Source of the DNA: the human T2T-CHM13v2.0 reference genome, Homo sapiens
NCBI RefSeq assembly: GCF_009914755.1
Contig: NC_060926.1
Length of the DNA: 64,000 nt
Direction: 5' to 3' (one strand)
This document shows, one piece after another, positions 1 to 14,474 of this stretch. How positions within the stretch are numbered: position 1 is the stretch's first letter; each line of letters opens with the position of its first letter. Both the position numbers and the translations under genes were made by a program. The notes under the pieces are model-generated. The model was not told the origin of the DNA. It did no database searches and saw only the letters and a program-made list of their open reading frames with translations.

Positions 1-1011
1 GAAAAAACAGAGTAGGGCAGTGGTCACTGTGTGCTTTTTTTTGCCGTATGAGTTACCCAGAGGTAACTTTGGGTGGCGTGTCATGGTGCCTTATTCACAG
101 TCTCTGCCCAGCTCCTGCCAGGCTGCGGGTTCTTCATCACTTCCTATTGCTGTGTATGATGGTGCCATGATGGGAAGGCAGGCCCTCCATTTACCCTGGC
201 CTTCAGGAGTTGGCTAGCTCAAGTGGCCAAGGTTGAGAAAAGATGCAAAGGAATTAAACCCTAAGATCCTTCTTTAAAAACAGCAATCAATGAAATCACT
301 CCAGGTGAAGGTTCTAGAACCTAGATCAGTGGTTTGCCTGGCTTTCGGATTGTAAGGACCCTAACGTTCACTGCTCTTCCCTCCAAACTGGAGAACCAGC
401 AAAGGGCTGACAATTTTTTTAATGTCATATAAGGGCGTTAAAGGAAAAAAAACCCTGAACCCCATCAGCTACCATTACTCTCATGACCATCTCCTTTCCT
501 AAAGTTAGCAGGACATCATCTCATCAAGGGCAGCCCTTTAAATGAAATCCATGTACATTTTGAAAAACAAAGCACATTGCTCCTTCTCGGTGCTCATTCC
601 AGGGGGGACCTGTGAGAGCAGCACCCAGGCCAGCGTGGAAGTCCGTCCCTGTCCATCTTGTCACCATCACCCGGTGACCTCAGTTGTCCTAGAAGCGATG
701 CCTCAGCCCCAGTGGGGCAGGGCCACCCCGTTTCAGCACCTGCTTCACCCAGAGCTTTCCTCTGGGAATGTTTCCCAGATTTTCCATCTCCTTCAGGCTG
801 CCTCTGTGAATCCTACAATAGCAGCCCAATTTCCCCCGCCTGCCCTCACCCCGAAGCCGGGAAAGAGGCTAACCTGACATACATAACAATATGCTAAGGA
901 GCAAGGAGACACAGAAGGGCAGGGCTTGGTGAAGAAGGTTCTGTGGGGGTCTAAGGAGCCTGGCTGGGTGGCTTTGCTGTGGGTGCTCTATTAGTGGCGC
1001 CATGTCAGGGC

Positions 1012-1025
1012 GCGCCACCTACGGC
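1012..1025 (-). promoter_or_regulatory. candidate CTCF site
   Basis: Minus strand reads GCCGTAGGTGGCGC, 12/14 match to CCASYAGRKGGCRC. Lies in a small CpG-retaining patch. Confidence 0.45.
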
Positions 1026-1134
1026 ACCACGCAGGGCGCCCCATCTGTGCTACTCCTGGAGCTCTCCATTCCCCCTCCCATCTTCCATGTGCGGGGTGGC
1101 CCTGTTTCTTTTTCTCTATCCATCCGCACACGAT

Positions 1135-1148
1135 CCAACAGGGGGCCG
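1135..1148 (+). promoter_or_regulatory. candidate CTCF site
   Basis: CCAACAGGGGGCCG resembles the CTCF core CCASCAGGGGGCGC. Confidence 0.35.
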
Positions 1149-1432
1149 GCAGTACCCTCAAAGCAGAGTTGAGGGTAGAGGGTCACACAAGGCTGAGCGC
1201 TCCCAGGGAGAAGCTAGGAAGACACCTTCAGGGTGAAAACCCCCAAACAAGGGTGCTGCACAGATTGTCTCCCTCCACGCAACACCTGTCAGCAGTGACA
1301 GTGAGGAGAGGAGCGGGGGCTGCCTGAGATGTGGCCGGGGAGGGGGCGGCCTCTTTGTTTTGTTGACCCCATTCAGAAAGAACGTGCGCCAAGAGGGAGG
1401 CCTCCACGGCCTTGCTTCCCTGCTGCCCAGCC

Positions 1433-1880
1433 CGGGTGGTTCCTTTAGTGGGTCAACTTGGCCAGGCCACAGCACCCAGACATTTGGTTCACCACCATTG
1501 AGATGTTGCAGTGAAGGTATATTTTAGATGAGATTAACATTAAAATCTGTAGATGTTGAGTAAGGCAGATGATTCTCCATAATGTGGGTGGGCCTCATCT
1601 CATCAGTTGAAGGCCTTGGGAAAAAGACTAACGTTCCCCAAGAAAGAGGAAATTCTGTCTCCAGACTGCCTCCAAGTCGAGCTGCAATGCCAGCTCTTCC
1701 CTGAGTCTCCAGCTGCTGCCCTGCCTGGCAGATGTGGGATTTGCCCCACAATCACATAAGCCAATTCTTTAGATTAAAACCTCTGTGTGTTTCTCTCTCT
1801 CTCTCTCTGTGTCCTAGTTTACACACACACACACACTCACACCCTGCTGGTCCTGTTTTACTGGGAGTCCCTTTCCAGAC
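1433..1880 (+). mobile_element. MLT2C/D-type ERVL solo LTR
   Basis: Contains GGTCAACTTGGCCAGGCCAC, GATTAACATT and CTCCATAATGTGGGTGGGCCTCATC, with the (TC)n/(AC)n tract near the 3' end typical of MLT2. Confidence 0.8.
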
Positions 1881-1984
1881 CACCTAAATCACAATCCCCA
1901 TAGGTAGAGCCAGGTATTTAGCATGCTGGTAAAGCACATCAGGTGGCTCTAATGCGAAACTAGGGTTAGGAAGATTGGGGCTAA

Positions 1985-2189
1985 CACTGTGGTTCTCACC
2001 TGCTTGGGCTAATGCAGAATTCTATGCAGAATCACCTGGAAGTGAATTGCTAAAGATGGCTGATCCCCACCCACCTCCAGGCTTTCTGAGTTGATAGGTC
2101 CAGAGTGGGGCCTGAAAATGTGTATTTCTGACATGTTTCCAGGTGATGCTGATAGTGCTGGTCTGGGGACCACACTTTGAGAACCACTC
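1985..2189. mobile_element. MER5A (hAT-Charlie non-autonomous DNA transposon)
   Basis: Termini CTGTGGTTCTCA...TGAGAACCACT; internal AGAATCACCTGG and CCAGGTGATGCTGAT. Confidence 0.8.
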
Positions 2190-2309
2190 AGCTAAAGGAT
2201 TATGTTGATAACGAGGGTTTACTTGTTATGTCAGGAGATGACAGCCACATCCTCTGCCTGGTAGCCAGTGGTCATAGCAGTAACAGCAGTACCAAATGGC
2301 AATCAACAC

Positions 2310-2520
2310 CCAACAATCACTGAGTTCTGTGCCTGGCACACAAGTGTGACTCTTACAAGTTCAGTCTCATTTTATTTTGATGACCACCCTCTGAGGTGGT
2401 TTTAAGATTTCCATGTCATACATGAGGAAACCAGGACGGAGAACTAGGGAAGTTGCCCAGCTCACTAAGTGGGCTAATCAGGCCTGTCTGACTCCGAAAT
2501 CCACAAACTCAACCATCTTA
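2310..2520 (-). mobile_element. MIR fragment
   Basis: Degenerate MIR core (CATGAGGAAACC...GAAGTTGCCCAGCTCAC...GTCTGACTCC). Confidence 0.55.
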
Positions 2521-3262
2521 CAAATAAGAGACCAAGGCTCAGATGCTCTGTGGTTACTCAGGGTCACCCAGCACCTAAAAGTGGAGTTGGGACCTGGCTC
2601 ATTAGCCAGTCATCCTTCCATTCTGCATCATTTCCCATCTCACATGAACTAATAGGTCAAGGTTGGGCATAGATGTGGTTAATTACAGATGGTGATAGAG
2701 TCGTGTGCCACATAACAAGGTTTTGGTCAACGATGGGCTGCATACACAACAGTGATTCCGTAAGATAATGGAGATGGAAAATTCCTATAGGCTAGTCACA
2801 TCATAGCCACCATAACACACCAGTGCAATATGCGTTTGCAGGGATGCTGGGTAAACAAACCCACTGTGTGGCCAGTTGTATAAAAGTCTAGCACATACAC
2901 TTACACACAGTATATAATACTTGATAAAGATAATAAATGACTATTACTGATTTATGTATTGGCTATATTACACTATTTATCATTATTTTAGAGGGTACCT
3001 CTACTTATGAAAAAAAATGTTACTATAAAAGAGCCTCGGGAAAGTCCATTAGGAGGTTTTCCAGAAGGCACTGCTATCATAGGAGATGACAGTTCCATGC
3101 GTGCCCCTGAAGACGTTTCAGTGGGACAAGATGTGGAGGTGATACTGAGGACCCTGACCCTGTGTAGGCCTAGGTTAATGGATGTGTTTGTGTCCTAGCT
3201 TTTAGCAAAATAACTTAAAAGGTATAAAGAAAAAAGTTTTCAAAATAGAAAAATGTTTATAG

Positions 3263-3636
<374 letters not shown>

Positions 3637-3802
3637 CTAAATGTTACTATAAAAGAGTCAAGAAGTTAAAAAAAATTAAAAATTTTATAAAGTAAAAAAG
3701 TTACAGTAAGCTAAGTTTAATTTATAATTCGAGAAAAATATTTTTAAATGTAGTGTAGCCTCTGTGTACAGTATTTATAAAGTCTATGGTAGTGCACACT
3801 GA

Positions 3803-4205
<403 letters not shown>

Positions 4206-4799
4206 ATTTTTTATCTTTTATACCATATTTTTGCTGTACTTTTTCTATGTTTAGCTATGTTTAAATACACAAATACTTACCATAGTGTTACAATTGCCTA
4301 CGGTATTCAGCCCAGTAATATGCTGTGCAGGTTTGTAACCTAGGAGCAATAGACCATGCACATAGCCTAGGTGTGTTGTTGGCTGTCCAATCTAGGATTG
4401 TGCAAGTGTATGCTATGATGTTCACACAACGACGAAATCACCTAGCAATGCATTTCTTAGAACATATTCCCATCATTCAACAATGCAAGACTGTATCTAG
4501 TTCCTCATAATTAAAAAAAAAAAAAAATCAAAACTCAAGAAACATCAACGGCCTCTCCTGCCCATCCCCCTCCACTGTCTTGGTAAAGCAACAACCTACA
4601 GTAGCAACCCGAGGAGACGCCTTGAGCATGGTCCAGAGTGATGATGGCTGCCCAGAAGCCAGAGTCACCGCCTTGTGCACCCACCAAGGCGCACAGGCTG
4701 AGCGGCCAGAGCTTGAGTTCCTTTGTGGATTCAGATGCCAACTTGTGAGGATTCAGAGGGCCCACTCGACCCAGTTGCTGTTCTAACTCTGGACCACCT

Positions 4800-5330
4800 A
4801 GTGATCAGGACAGGCTGGCCTCTGTCTCTGGAAGTTTACCTTCTGGCAGAGGAGGAAGAAATAATGAAATAGTTGCAGGTGAAGATTTTGAAGGCTTTAA
4901 TGGAGAAAATTACAAAGGTCAACGTCATGGTGATTGGCTTCAGAGTATAATTTAAATTGGGAGGTCAGGGAAGGTCTCTCTGAAGAGCTAAGAGCTGAGC
5001 TGAAATCTGAACCATGGGATGGAATCAGCCCTTTAAAGAACTGGAGAAGGAGCCCTGCAGCAGAGGGAACACCTGAGCAAACCCTTGAGGCAGGAGCACA
5101 CTGTGTTTCCCAGCAGAGCTCTGGAAGCCGATGTGGCCGGTGCAAGTAGTTTGGGAAGAGGAGGGAGAATGGTCAATCCCAGATAAGAGGGCCTCATGGA
5201 CACTGAGTCTGAATTGCATACTCGGGGTGACAGGAAGCAGTGAGCAGACACAGCTGGGAGTGATGAGGTTGGGGGACAGGATAGGCGTGCACTGTGGGGC
5301 CAAAGCCGAGCTTGCGCAGCAATGGATAGG
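4800..5330 (-). mobile_element. L2 3' fragment
   Basis: GAGGTCAGGGAAGGTCTCTCTGAAGAG..GAGCTGAAATCTGAA, typical antisense L2 3' region; highly diverged. Confidence 0.55.
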
Positions 5331-5881
5331 TAACACAAGGGTTGCAGACCTGGGTCGGCGCAGGCCCCCCTGCAGAAGCACACCTGTCTCTTTGCAGACA
5401 TGGGGCCAAGTCCCTCTCGCTTTTTTGTTCACAAACAGCATCTCCACATCTCCTAGGGAAGTGTCACTTCCTTTTTTGCAGTTTGTCACTCAGCGATTCT
5501 CTGATTTATGAACTTCCTAGCTCTGCATCCTGCCAAGGTGTAGATTTCAGCGGAAGCTTCTAATGAGGAAAGGAGGGGAATTGAGTCTGGTGACCTGTGC
5601 ATCCAAGAGTACTCTCACCCAACACAACTCATCACTGATGAAGGAGCAGGCCCTCTCTGCCCATGCTCTGTGGTCCAGACACACCCCTGCTCCAGAGACA
5701 GAGACCAGCGGTTTACGACAGAGTCCAATTAATGTCGTGCCTCCACTTTTCCAAACTGAGGAGTGAGTTGGGAAAATTAGTTAATCTCTTTGAGTCTCAG
5801 CCTCCTCAATCACAGGATGGGTTGTTGAGAGGAGCAATTCAGTTAGTGCATGTGAGGAGGGGCGCAGAAGGAGCCCTTGGC

Positions 5882-6031
5882 AGAATTGTTATCCTTATGC
5901 CTTTTTGCTCAGCAGGGCAAGCTACAAGTTACGTATCAATTGTAGCCTTGGTTCTAAGAATTGTTATCCTTATGCCTTTTTGCTCAGCAGGGCAAGCTGC
6001 AAGTTACATATCAATTGTAGGCTTAGTTCTA
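5882..6031. repeat. 75-bp tandem duplication (2 copies)
   Basis: 5882-5956 vs 5957-6031 differ at 4 of 75 positions. Confidence 0.95.
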
Positions 6032-6781
6032 ATAGTATCTTCTATTATTTCTCCTTTCCCCAACTATCACTGACAGAAACATTTAATAAAGTAATTATCA
6101 GTAGTGTAATAAAAACTAACAGTTATCAAGCAGTGACTTCATCTTTCACTCTGTAAACTCTTTACACATTGAATGTCCACATTATATGATTGAACGTCCA
6201 CAACAACCCTATTAATCCCATTTTATAGATGAGGACTCTGAATCCTGAAGACAGCAACTTGTCCAAGGTCCGGTGGTTAATGGGTGGCTTCTGTCTTAGG
6301 TCACCAGTTCTGTAACTTTGAGGACAATACTTCTTGGAGCCCTATGCTCTTTCTCCAAATTTTACAATGCTGTTGTATGCAATAATTAACTTCATGCATG
6401 CTCCAGCTGCAGGGAAGTATAAGATATTCCTAACCCTCACCTTGCAGAGCAGTTCAGGTTTCATTCCTTAAATACCCCTTTGCCTTGATCAATTCAGCGG
6501 CGATTAGGACACTTACATAAATCATAAACCCAACAGTTTCTGTCAGTGGGAGAGGCTGGAATCAGTGCTCTGTGAAGATAGGGTTCAGGGCTCTGCGGCT
6601 GGTTTACCTAAAACCCTCAAGCCTGGTTTTTCTCCCTGGGGCTCCTGAAGGCAACAGCTCTTCACCTTTTGGAGGATTAAGTGACCTTGTGGATCTTCTC
6701 CCCATAACAGTGCACAGACATGTGCAATTTCAGGGCTTACCGTGACCCTACAGCCTCAGTAATGCCCAAGTTGAGATGCCT

Positions 6782-7157
6782 TGTATTAGTCAGCGTTCCC
6801 CAGACAAACAGAAAGCCATGGTGCAATTCAGCTCATGCCCAAGGGTCTGAGAACCAGGGGAACCGATGGTGAGATTCCCAGTCTGAGAACAAGAGAAGAT
6901 GAAATGAGATGTCCAAGATCAAGCAATGAGGCAGGGGGAAAAGGGGCCAATTCCTCCTTCCTCTGCTTTTTTGTTCTATTCAGGCCCTCAACAGATTGGA
7001 TGATGCCCACCGACATTGAGGAGGGCAATCTGCTTTCTCAGTCCCTCAGTTCTAATGCCAGTCTCCCCAGAAACACCCTCACAGACACACCCGGAAGTAA
7101 TGTTTAATCCATGCACCCCATGGTCAGTCAAGTGGACTTGTAAAATGAGCCACCACA
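6782..7157 (-). mobile_element. MLT2B-type ERVL solo LTR
   Basis: TGTATTAGTCAG...GATTGGATGATGCCCACC...CAGAAACACCCTCACAGACACACC...CACCACA, the reverse of MLT2. Confidence 0.8.
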
Positions 7158-7713
7158 GGGCTTTCTAGGGAAGCACAGGGACATCGGCCCCTCTGCCCAG
7201 GGCTTAGGGAAGAGGGCTGCCCCAGGCCCCTGGAGGTAATGATCTATCCTTCGGTCGCTTTCCTAAGCAGAGGTGTTATTCAGTCTTTGCCAGAAGAACA
7301 CTTTTCTTCCCATTCAGCACAGTCATGATGCAGCCTCAATAGAGGCTTGCACCTCAGCAGCCTTCTGTCCTTTCTAGCTCCCCACGGGCTCTGGCCACAC
7401 AGAGTATGTGCCCTCCCATATGCCCAGAATGAATTCCCCACCTCTCCACCCTCCTCCTGCATTGCACTATGAGGCAATGTCAGGGCCTGGCAACAGCTTT
7501 TTCTAGCACCCTGTCCCACAAACCCTCTGCCTGGTGTCCAAATACAACCCGGCAATGCTGTGTAAGGCTCAAACTCAGCCTTCTCGCCTGCACCTTTCTT
7601 CTCCTCCCTGACCCTGAGGATATCCTCTTTGGTACTCTGTGGGACTGTGTGTCTCGAAATCTCCATCGAGGAGCCAAGAACAACGGCAAACTCCGCAGGG
7701 TATGGGGATATAG

Positions 7714-8113
<400 letters not shown>

Positions 8114-8329
8114 TCACTTAAACATTTTAAAAGTTTTCTATTGATTGCTCTCAGGTAGAATCAACGCTCTTGTGCCATGTCTTGCCTATAGCTTTGTCTG
8201 TTCCCACCCAGCACACTGACTCCCGCAGAGAACCACAATCCAGTTAGCAAGACCTGCTGCTTAGGGGTTATCATTCATTTGTTCATTTCTTCTGCACGTA
8301 TTGGGCCTGCCATGTGGAGGATGGCACAG

Positions 8330-8720
<391 letters not shown>

Positions 8721-9440
8721 TCAGGACAATGTTCCCTATAGGGCTTAATTGTGTTCGCCATGATGGCATAAGATGGCATCGTCTATAGAACTGTCCTTAT
8801 GGAATTATTAACTGAAGAGTTAATCAAAAATATTAAGTAGGGAATTATAAACAATGATAAAGATATTAAAATTATTTCATGTAAAAAGCAAAAATGCACA
8901 CTGATTTGCCTATCTTTTGATGTAGGGTCAAGGCCCTGGCTTGTGCCTTGTCTTTCTGCGGGAACTTTATGTCTTCTTCCTTATACAAACTACAAGTGTA
9001 TAAACAGGCTATGCTCTGCAGTTTTGATTCTAAAAATAGAGCAAAGGTTTAAAGGAATATACGATGCAAGAGTCCTATGAATATTCAATTTTTCTCCCAA
9101 ACATGTAAACTTGTCCTGCCCACACCTATGTCAATGCCACTGATTTCTAGAGACTCATCTTTCTTGGGTCTTTTCAACAAAAAAGCTGTCATTTTCACAT
9201 TCATGTTTCATTAATTTGTAAGTGCTGAGTTAAATTGTGTAAGTGTGATAGCACATACCTCTGGCAGAGTGGGTTTGGGAGGAATCCCTGTGACTCTGGG
9301 TGAAGAGCACCTCAACTGGTGGGGCCAGAAGGGAGTGGTCTAGAGAATCCCCCAACACATGAAACCCCAGGGCAAGAACACAAATGGAGGCCCACATGCC
9401 ATGCTGCTGAACATTTGAAAATTACAAATCAAGCTAACTT

Positions 9441-9719
9441 GGCCAGGTGCGGTGGCTCATGCCTGTGGTCCCAGTGCTTTGGGAGGCTGAGGCGGGTGGA
9501 TCACTTGAGGTCAGGAGTTCGAGACCTGCCTGGTCAACATGGTGAAACCCCGTCTCTACTAAAAATACAAAAATTAACCTGGCGTGTGCCTGTAATCCCA
9601 GCTACTCGGGAGGCTGAGGCAGGAGACTCACTTGAACTCAAGAGGCAGAGGTTGCAGTGAGCCAAGATCCTGCCACTGCACTTCAGCCTGGGTGACAGAG
9701 TGAGGCTCTGTCTCAAAAA

Positions 9720-9750
<31 letters not shown>

Positions 9751-9759
9751 AATAAAAAT
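9441..9759 (+). mobile_element. AluSx-like with (TAAA)n tail
   Basis: GGCCAGGTGCGGTGGCTCA start; TSD AAATCAAGCTAACT / AAATCAAGTTAACT. Confidence 0.92.
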
Positions 9760-10105
9760 AAATCAAGTTAACTCTAACAAAATATAGTCTGCCTTCCTCT
9801 CCCGACAAACCCAGAAGGCCAGATTTTAACATTGAATTCTTGGACTCCATAGGGCTCCGTGCTAGAACGAGGTAGTCAGAGATGGCCAGCTCTGAGGCTC
9901 CAGCCCAGGTGTACCTCATTCCTCTTCTCACCCCCATTTCTCACACACCAAGGGGACTGGCAAGTACTGTGGAAGCTCCATCTACGTCCCCTACAGACAG
10001 TTGCCCCTTGGCCATCCTCAAGAAGAAAACCCGTCCTGTGATGGAAGGGGCTTGGGGTCCTGTGGGCAGGGAATGCTGGGGTCCCAGGTGCACTAAGAAT
10101 GGTCT

Positions 10106-10418
10106 AGGCCCGGATTGGCAAGTATTTCTACAAATGACCACATGATAAATATTTCAGGCTTTGCAGGCCATACGGTCTCTGTCGTAACTACACAAGTCTG
10201 CCGTTTTGTGGTGAAAACAGCATAGACGCTATGCAAACAAATGAACATGGCAATGTTCCAGGAAAACTTTACTTATGGACACCAAAATTTAAATTCCATG
10301 TAATTTTCACATATCATTCTTCCTTTGATGTTTTTACAACCATTTAAAAATATAAAAACCATTCTTAGCTTATGAGTTGAATGGAAACTAGTGGCCCAGG
10401 AGTCATTTGCAAACCCTG
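10106..10418. mobile_element. MER58B-like hAT DNA transposon
   Basis: TTGGCAA...TTTGCAAACCCTG termini flanked by GGTCTAGG/GGTCTAGA (hAT nTCTAGAn-type target); internal GGCTTTGCAGGCCATACGGTCTCTGTC. Confidence 0.8.
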
Positions 10419-11984
10419 GTCTAGAAGGTGAGGCAAAAACTCTAGGTGGACACATCCCAGTGGGCCCTGGACCTCTTACCCTGTGGAGTGGGGAGTGGGG
10501 CCCTCAGGGGCACAGGGCTGAGGGAGGATCCCGTCTTGCCCAGGCATCAGGATGGTACTAAAACTGCCTGCCAGGCCAGAGCAGTCACGGTGTTCTGCAA
10601 AGGTTAATAAGGGGCGTTGATGAAGAGGAGCCTCTCCTGTCAACAGGAGCTATTTTGGTCGTGATTCTTGACCAGGCCCCTTCTGTAGCATCCTGGGCCA
10701 GCAGCTCGCCTTTCCTCTCTGACCTGCTATTGCCAATACTCCAGGCCTCCTAAGAGATGCAAAACATGCAAAGGGTCTCATTTGCTATGATACATAGAGC
10801 CAGGGCTCACAAAGTACTTGATTTCCAGAAAACCCACCCTGGGACCCACAGTGGAATGAATGGGCTTCTCACGGCAACCCCTCAGCCCCTCCCAGGGAAC
10901 ATCTCCAAACAGCAACCAGCCAGACCCGCCTTGAGGGCACTGGGCGCCATCGATGTCTCCCCTTCTGCTGGGGCCTTGCAACTGCTGGGCCAGCCAAGGG
11001 ACAGAGCATTCCTTTGCGTTTCAGTTCAGCAGCTGGATTTAGGCTGTTGTCTCAGACATTGGTTGATGTGGTTGTGGGACGATCTATTTTCCGTTTGCTC
11101 GCTTACAAGCGATTTCTAAAGCTCTTGTGGAAATCATTGTTAGTCAACCCTATATTTAGCCTTAAGCTGAATCAATTTGATGGCTTCGAGGCAGAGAGAG
11201 AGGGGAGAAAAAAAGAGGGGGCTATTTTGATAAGAATGCACTTTTCCTCAATTTTCACTTTTAAAAATTGCAATGTATACTCTGGAGGTGGGTGTGATTT
11301 TTGATAACAGATGTAGTCAAAGAAAATTATTTTAAAACACATTTTATGTCTAACTGACCATGCGGTGATGAGCTGCTTCCTCCACGATTTCACTCAAATT
11401 ACCATGGGAACAGTCTGAATCTTCAGAAAGGCGCTGCACAGAGAGCCGCATCTGGCAGACGGTAGCTTCTGTCCCGGCCCTGCGTTCCCTTGAAGAATGA
11501 GCTCATTCATTTGTTCTTCCAGGAGCTCCAGTGGCCCTCAAGACCCACCTCCTGTTTCTAAGCCTGAGGGTTCTGTCAGGGTCTTCGGATAGATTACAGG
11601 GGAGCAAGGCCATTGGGTGCAGCGTCCTTGGTTAGCAAGGCCAGCCCTGGCTGAGCTCAGTGGGGAAGGACATCATCTGATTCTGAGCCTTCCTTTCCTT
11701 CTGCATCCAAGAATTCAAGCGAGGCCTGCCTGGCAAATTTGTTCAAAATCGGCAAGCCTACAAGAATGGGAGCCCTGCCTCTTGCCCCGGCCCCCAGCTA
11801 TTCTCTCTCCTCCCTCAAATCTTAATGCCAGATTGGTGCCCCTCCAGGAAGCATCCCAGAAGGTTACAGGGGTTGGAGGGCCAGCCTGCACCCCCAACTG
11901 CCATAACTAGGACTTCCCTGTCCAGGCTCCATATGCCATGTGGAGTCCTTCTGTCATTCAGGTTCTATGCTAAGCATTAGAGCA

Positions 11985-12160
11985 CTTGTCCAGAGCCCAG
12001 CTATGTCCACTCATAGGAGAAAGTTTAAATTCACATTCTCAGACCTCACCCTCAGGTCAAAGAATGCAGAATGCATAGGGGTGGGGGACTGGGCTTCAGT
12101 CATTTTTAAGAGCTCCCTAGGAGATTCGAACATGTGGCCCAAGAAGGCAGCTACTGTGTT
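11985..12160. mobile_element. MER5-family fragment
   Basis: CACATTCTCAGACCTCACCC...TTTTAAGAGCTCCCTAGGAGATTC. Confidence 0.5.
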
Positions 12161-12839
12161 AGAGATGCAAAAACGAATGACTCTACTTAGAGTCCCTGCC
12201 CCACAAGCCCATACCCTGCTCCAAACCTAGTGGTCCCACCCTGCTGCCAGCTCAGTGAGCAGCATCTACACCCCACAAACCAGGTACCCCTGTGGGCCTC
12301 CAAGTGTGCACATCCACATGCCTCTCTAGATGGTCAGGCCCACGAAGGCAGAGGCTGCGTTTATGTTGCTCGCCTGGCACTGCTTCTGCCTTGTAGTAAG
12401 TCTTTTCTATAGGCACAAATCAGTGAATAAAAAGACACAGCCCTCATCCATGTGGAGCGTACCCAGGAATCTTGAAGCATTTTATCTTGGCCAGAGTCAC
12501 GTGTAGGTTTCTAGATCCTCCAATCCAGCAGGTCAGTTGGTTGGAACAGTGTCTTCTCCCCACAACCCTTCCTGCAGGATTGATATTTGCAGGAGCTGGC
12601 TGAGCAGGGCTCTGCTCACTCTGGAGGGGCCCAGCCCTTGGTTGGAGTCTGTGATCACCACTGGCTGCTCCTTGGCTCAATACCCACCGGGAGGCCCTCG
12701 AGGGACCATGTCTTGGACCCCCAGAGAGTTGCCTGCACCTCTCTGCTGGTCTCAGAGCCACCGGGCATTTCCTCTGTCACCTATGATGTCACTATTATAT
12801 TATCTATGATGTCCTCTCTTCCAATTAGATCCTCCTAAG

Positions 12840-13005
12840 ACAGGGTTCTCAGCTCTGGCCACCCCTGGGAAGCTTTGACACATTTCACCGGCCAGGACAC
12901 TACAGGCCATTTCTGTGAGAGTTTCTGGGAATGTAGCTTAGCTATCCATAGCTATTAAAGCTCCCCAAGTGATTGCATTGAGCTGCCAAAGCTGAGACCC
13001 ACTGA
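12840..13005. mobile_element. MER5-family element
   Basis: CAGGGTTCTCAGC...AAAGCTCCCCAAGTGATT...GCTGAGACCCACTG. Confidence 0.55.
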
Positions 13006-13129
13006 GCTAGGATGAGGCCCATTGATGGGTATATTTTAAAAATTCGTCAGGTTGATTGAACAGACAGCTAAGGTTGTGAGCCTGGCCAGGAAGTGACAAT
13101 TGGTATGTCCTGCTGGTTTCTAAGGTATA

Positions 13130-13380
13130 ACAGCAACAAACATTGACTAAGCATGAACTTCCATGCTGGTCACTGTTCTGGGTGCTTTCTGTGCATTAGC
13201 TCATTACATTTTCACCATGCCCAGAGGAAGTAATAATAATAATAGCTAACATTTATTTCACACTGCATATGCCCCTGGCACTGTGCTAAGGGCTTCACCT
13301 ACCTCAATTTATTTACAGATAAGGCAAACCGAGGCACAGAGAGGTTAAGTAACTTGCCGGAGGTCAAGAGTTGAGAGGTG
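13130..13380 (-). mobile_element. MIR (probably two fragments)
   Basis: TAATAGCTAACATTTATT...TTTACAGATAAGGCAAACCGAGGCACAGAGAGGTTAAGTAACTTGCC. Confidence 0.7.
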
Positions 13381-14107
13381 GTATTAAGAGGAGACACTCA
13401 CCCAGGTCATAGGCTCCAGAGCCCGAGGGCTCTTCCACTGCAGCCTGGGCGAAATATGGTGGCCAACAATCTGTATAGACGAAGGACTAAGAGAAGGCAC
13501 CTCAGAGCTGACGGTAGGTCTGATGGATCTGCCTGCAGTGCGCTTCCTCAAGGAGGAGCATGTCCCTGGGTCAGAGCTGGGGTCAGGGGAGAAGAGTGGG
13601 CCCGGATGAGGGCTTGGGAGCGGCCCTAGCATGGGGAGACATCCTGGAGCCTCAATTCTAACACAGGAGGAGGCGCAGAAGAAGCATCCTATGGTGTGCA
13701 TTTCCTCCCCACCTACTTTCTGAGTCCCTCTGATTTCTGTTCTGTGCTCTCTAGCACAAATCCACATACATATGCCACAAGCTATGAGCCCTCTGTACAA
13801 GGGGAATAAAGATCTGCTTTCCATTCTCCCCACCTGACAACTTGGAGATGGTGCAGGGTTAGGACAGAGAAGGGCTGTGTGGTTAGAACCTGCTCCTGGG
13901 TCGAGGGACGGCCGGGCTGGTCCTGTGCATCCCCGCTCAGGGCTGAGCATCATTCTGCCTTCCCACCATCCCTTCCCCTCCTACCAGAAACACCCCCTCG
14001 GACTTGACTTCAGAGACGATGCCACCCCTATTCGGGCCCTGAGGCTCAGGAGCACTCTCTACCCCACTCCCCGACTAGGGGAGTGAGCGTTCTGGGGGTA
14101 AGCAGGG

Positions 14108-14474
14108 TGTCTGAGTTGCTTGGGCTGCTATGTCAGAATCCATACATCGGACAGCTTAGAAACTACAGAAAGTGATTTCTCACAATTCCGGAGGCTGGGA
14201 AGCCTAAGGATCAAGATGTCAGCAGATTTGGTGTCTGGTGAGGGCCTGATTCCTGGTTCATAGACGGCTGTCCTTCCACTGTGTTCTCACATAGGGAAAA
14301 GAGTTCACTGCGGCCTCTTTTATAAGGGCACTGATCCCATTCATGAGTGCTCAACCCTCAACCCTTATGACACTGCCACCTTTCAAGAGTCCCCGCCCCT
14401 AAATACTCTTACATAGGGGGTGAAGTTTTGACATATACATTTGGACGGGGGCACAAACACTCAGACCACAGCAC
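14108..14474 (-). mobile_element. MLT1A-type MaLR solo LTR
   Basis: TTGGGCTGCTAT...GGAGGCTGGGAAG..ATCAAGATGTCAGCAGATTTGGTGTCTGGTGAGGGC...CAGACCACAGCA. Confidence 0.8.

Noticed and set aside
960-1440. CpG-island promoter
   Set aside because: CpG enrichment is local and modest, and I see no downstream first exon or ORF support. Kept only as a CTCF candidate.
13384-13953. 189-aa minus-strand ORF and 154-aa ORF at 5025..5489
   Set aside because: Pro/Ser/Cys-rich composition typical of chance ORFs in GC-rich non-coding DNA, with no domain or splice context.
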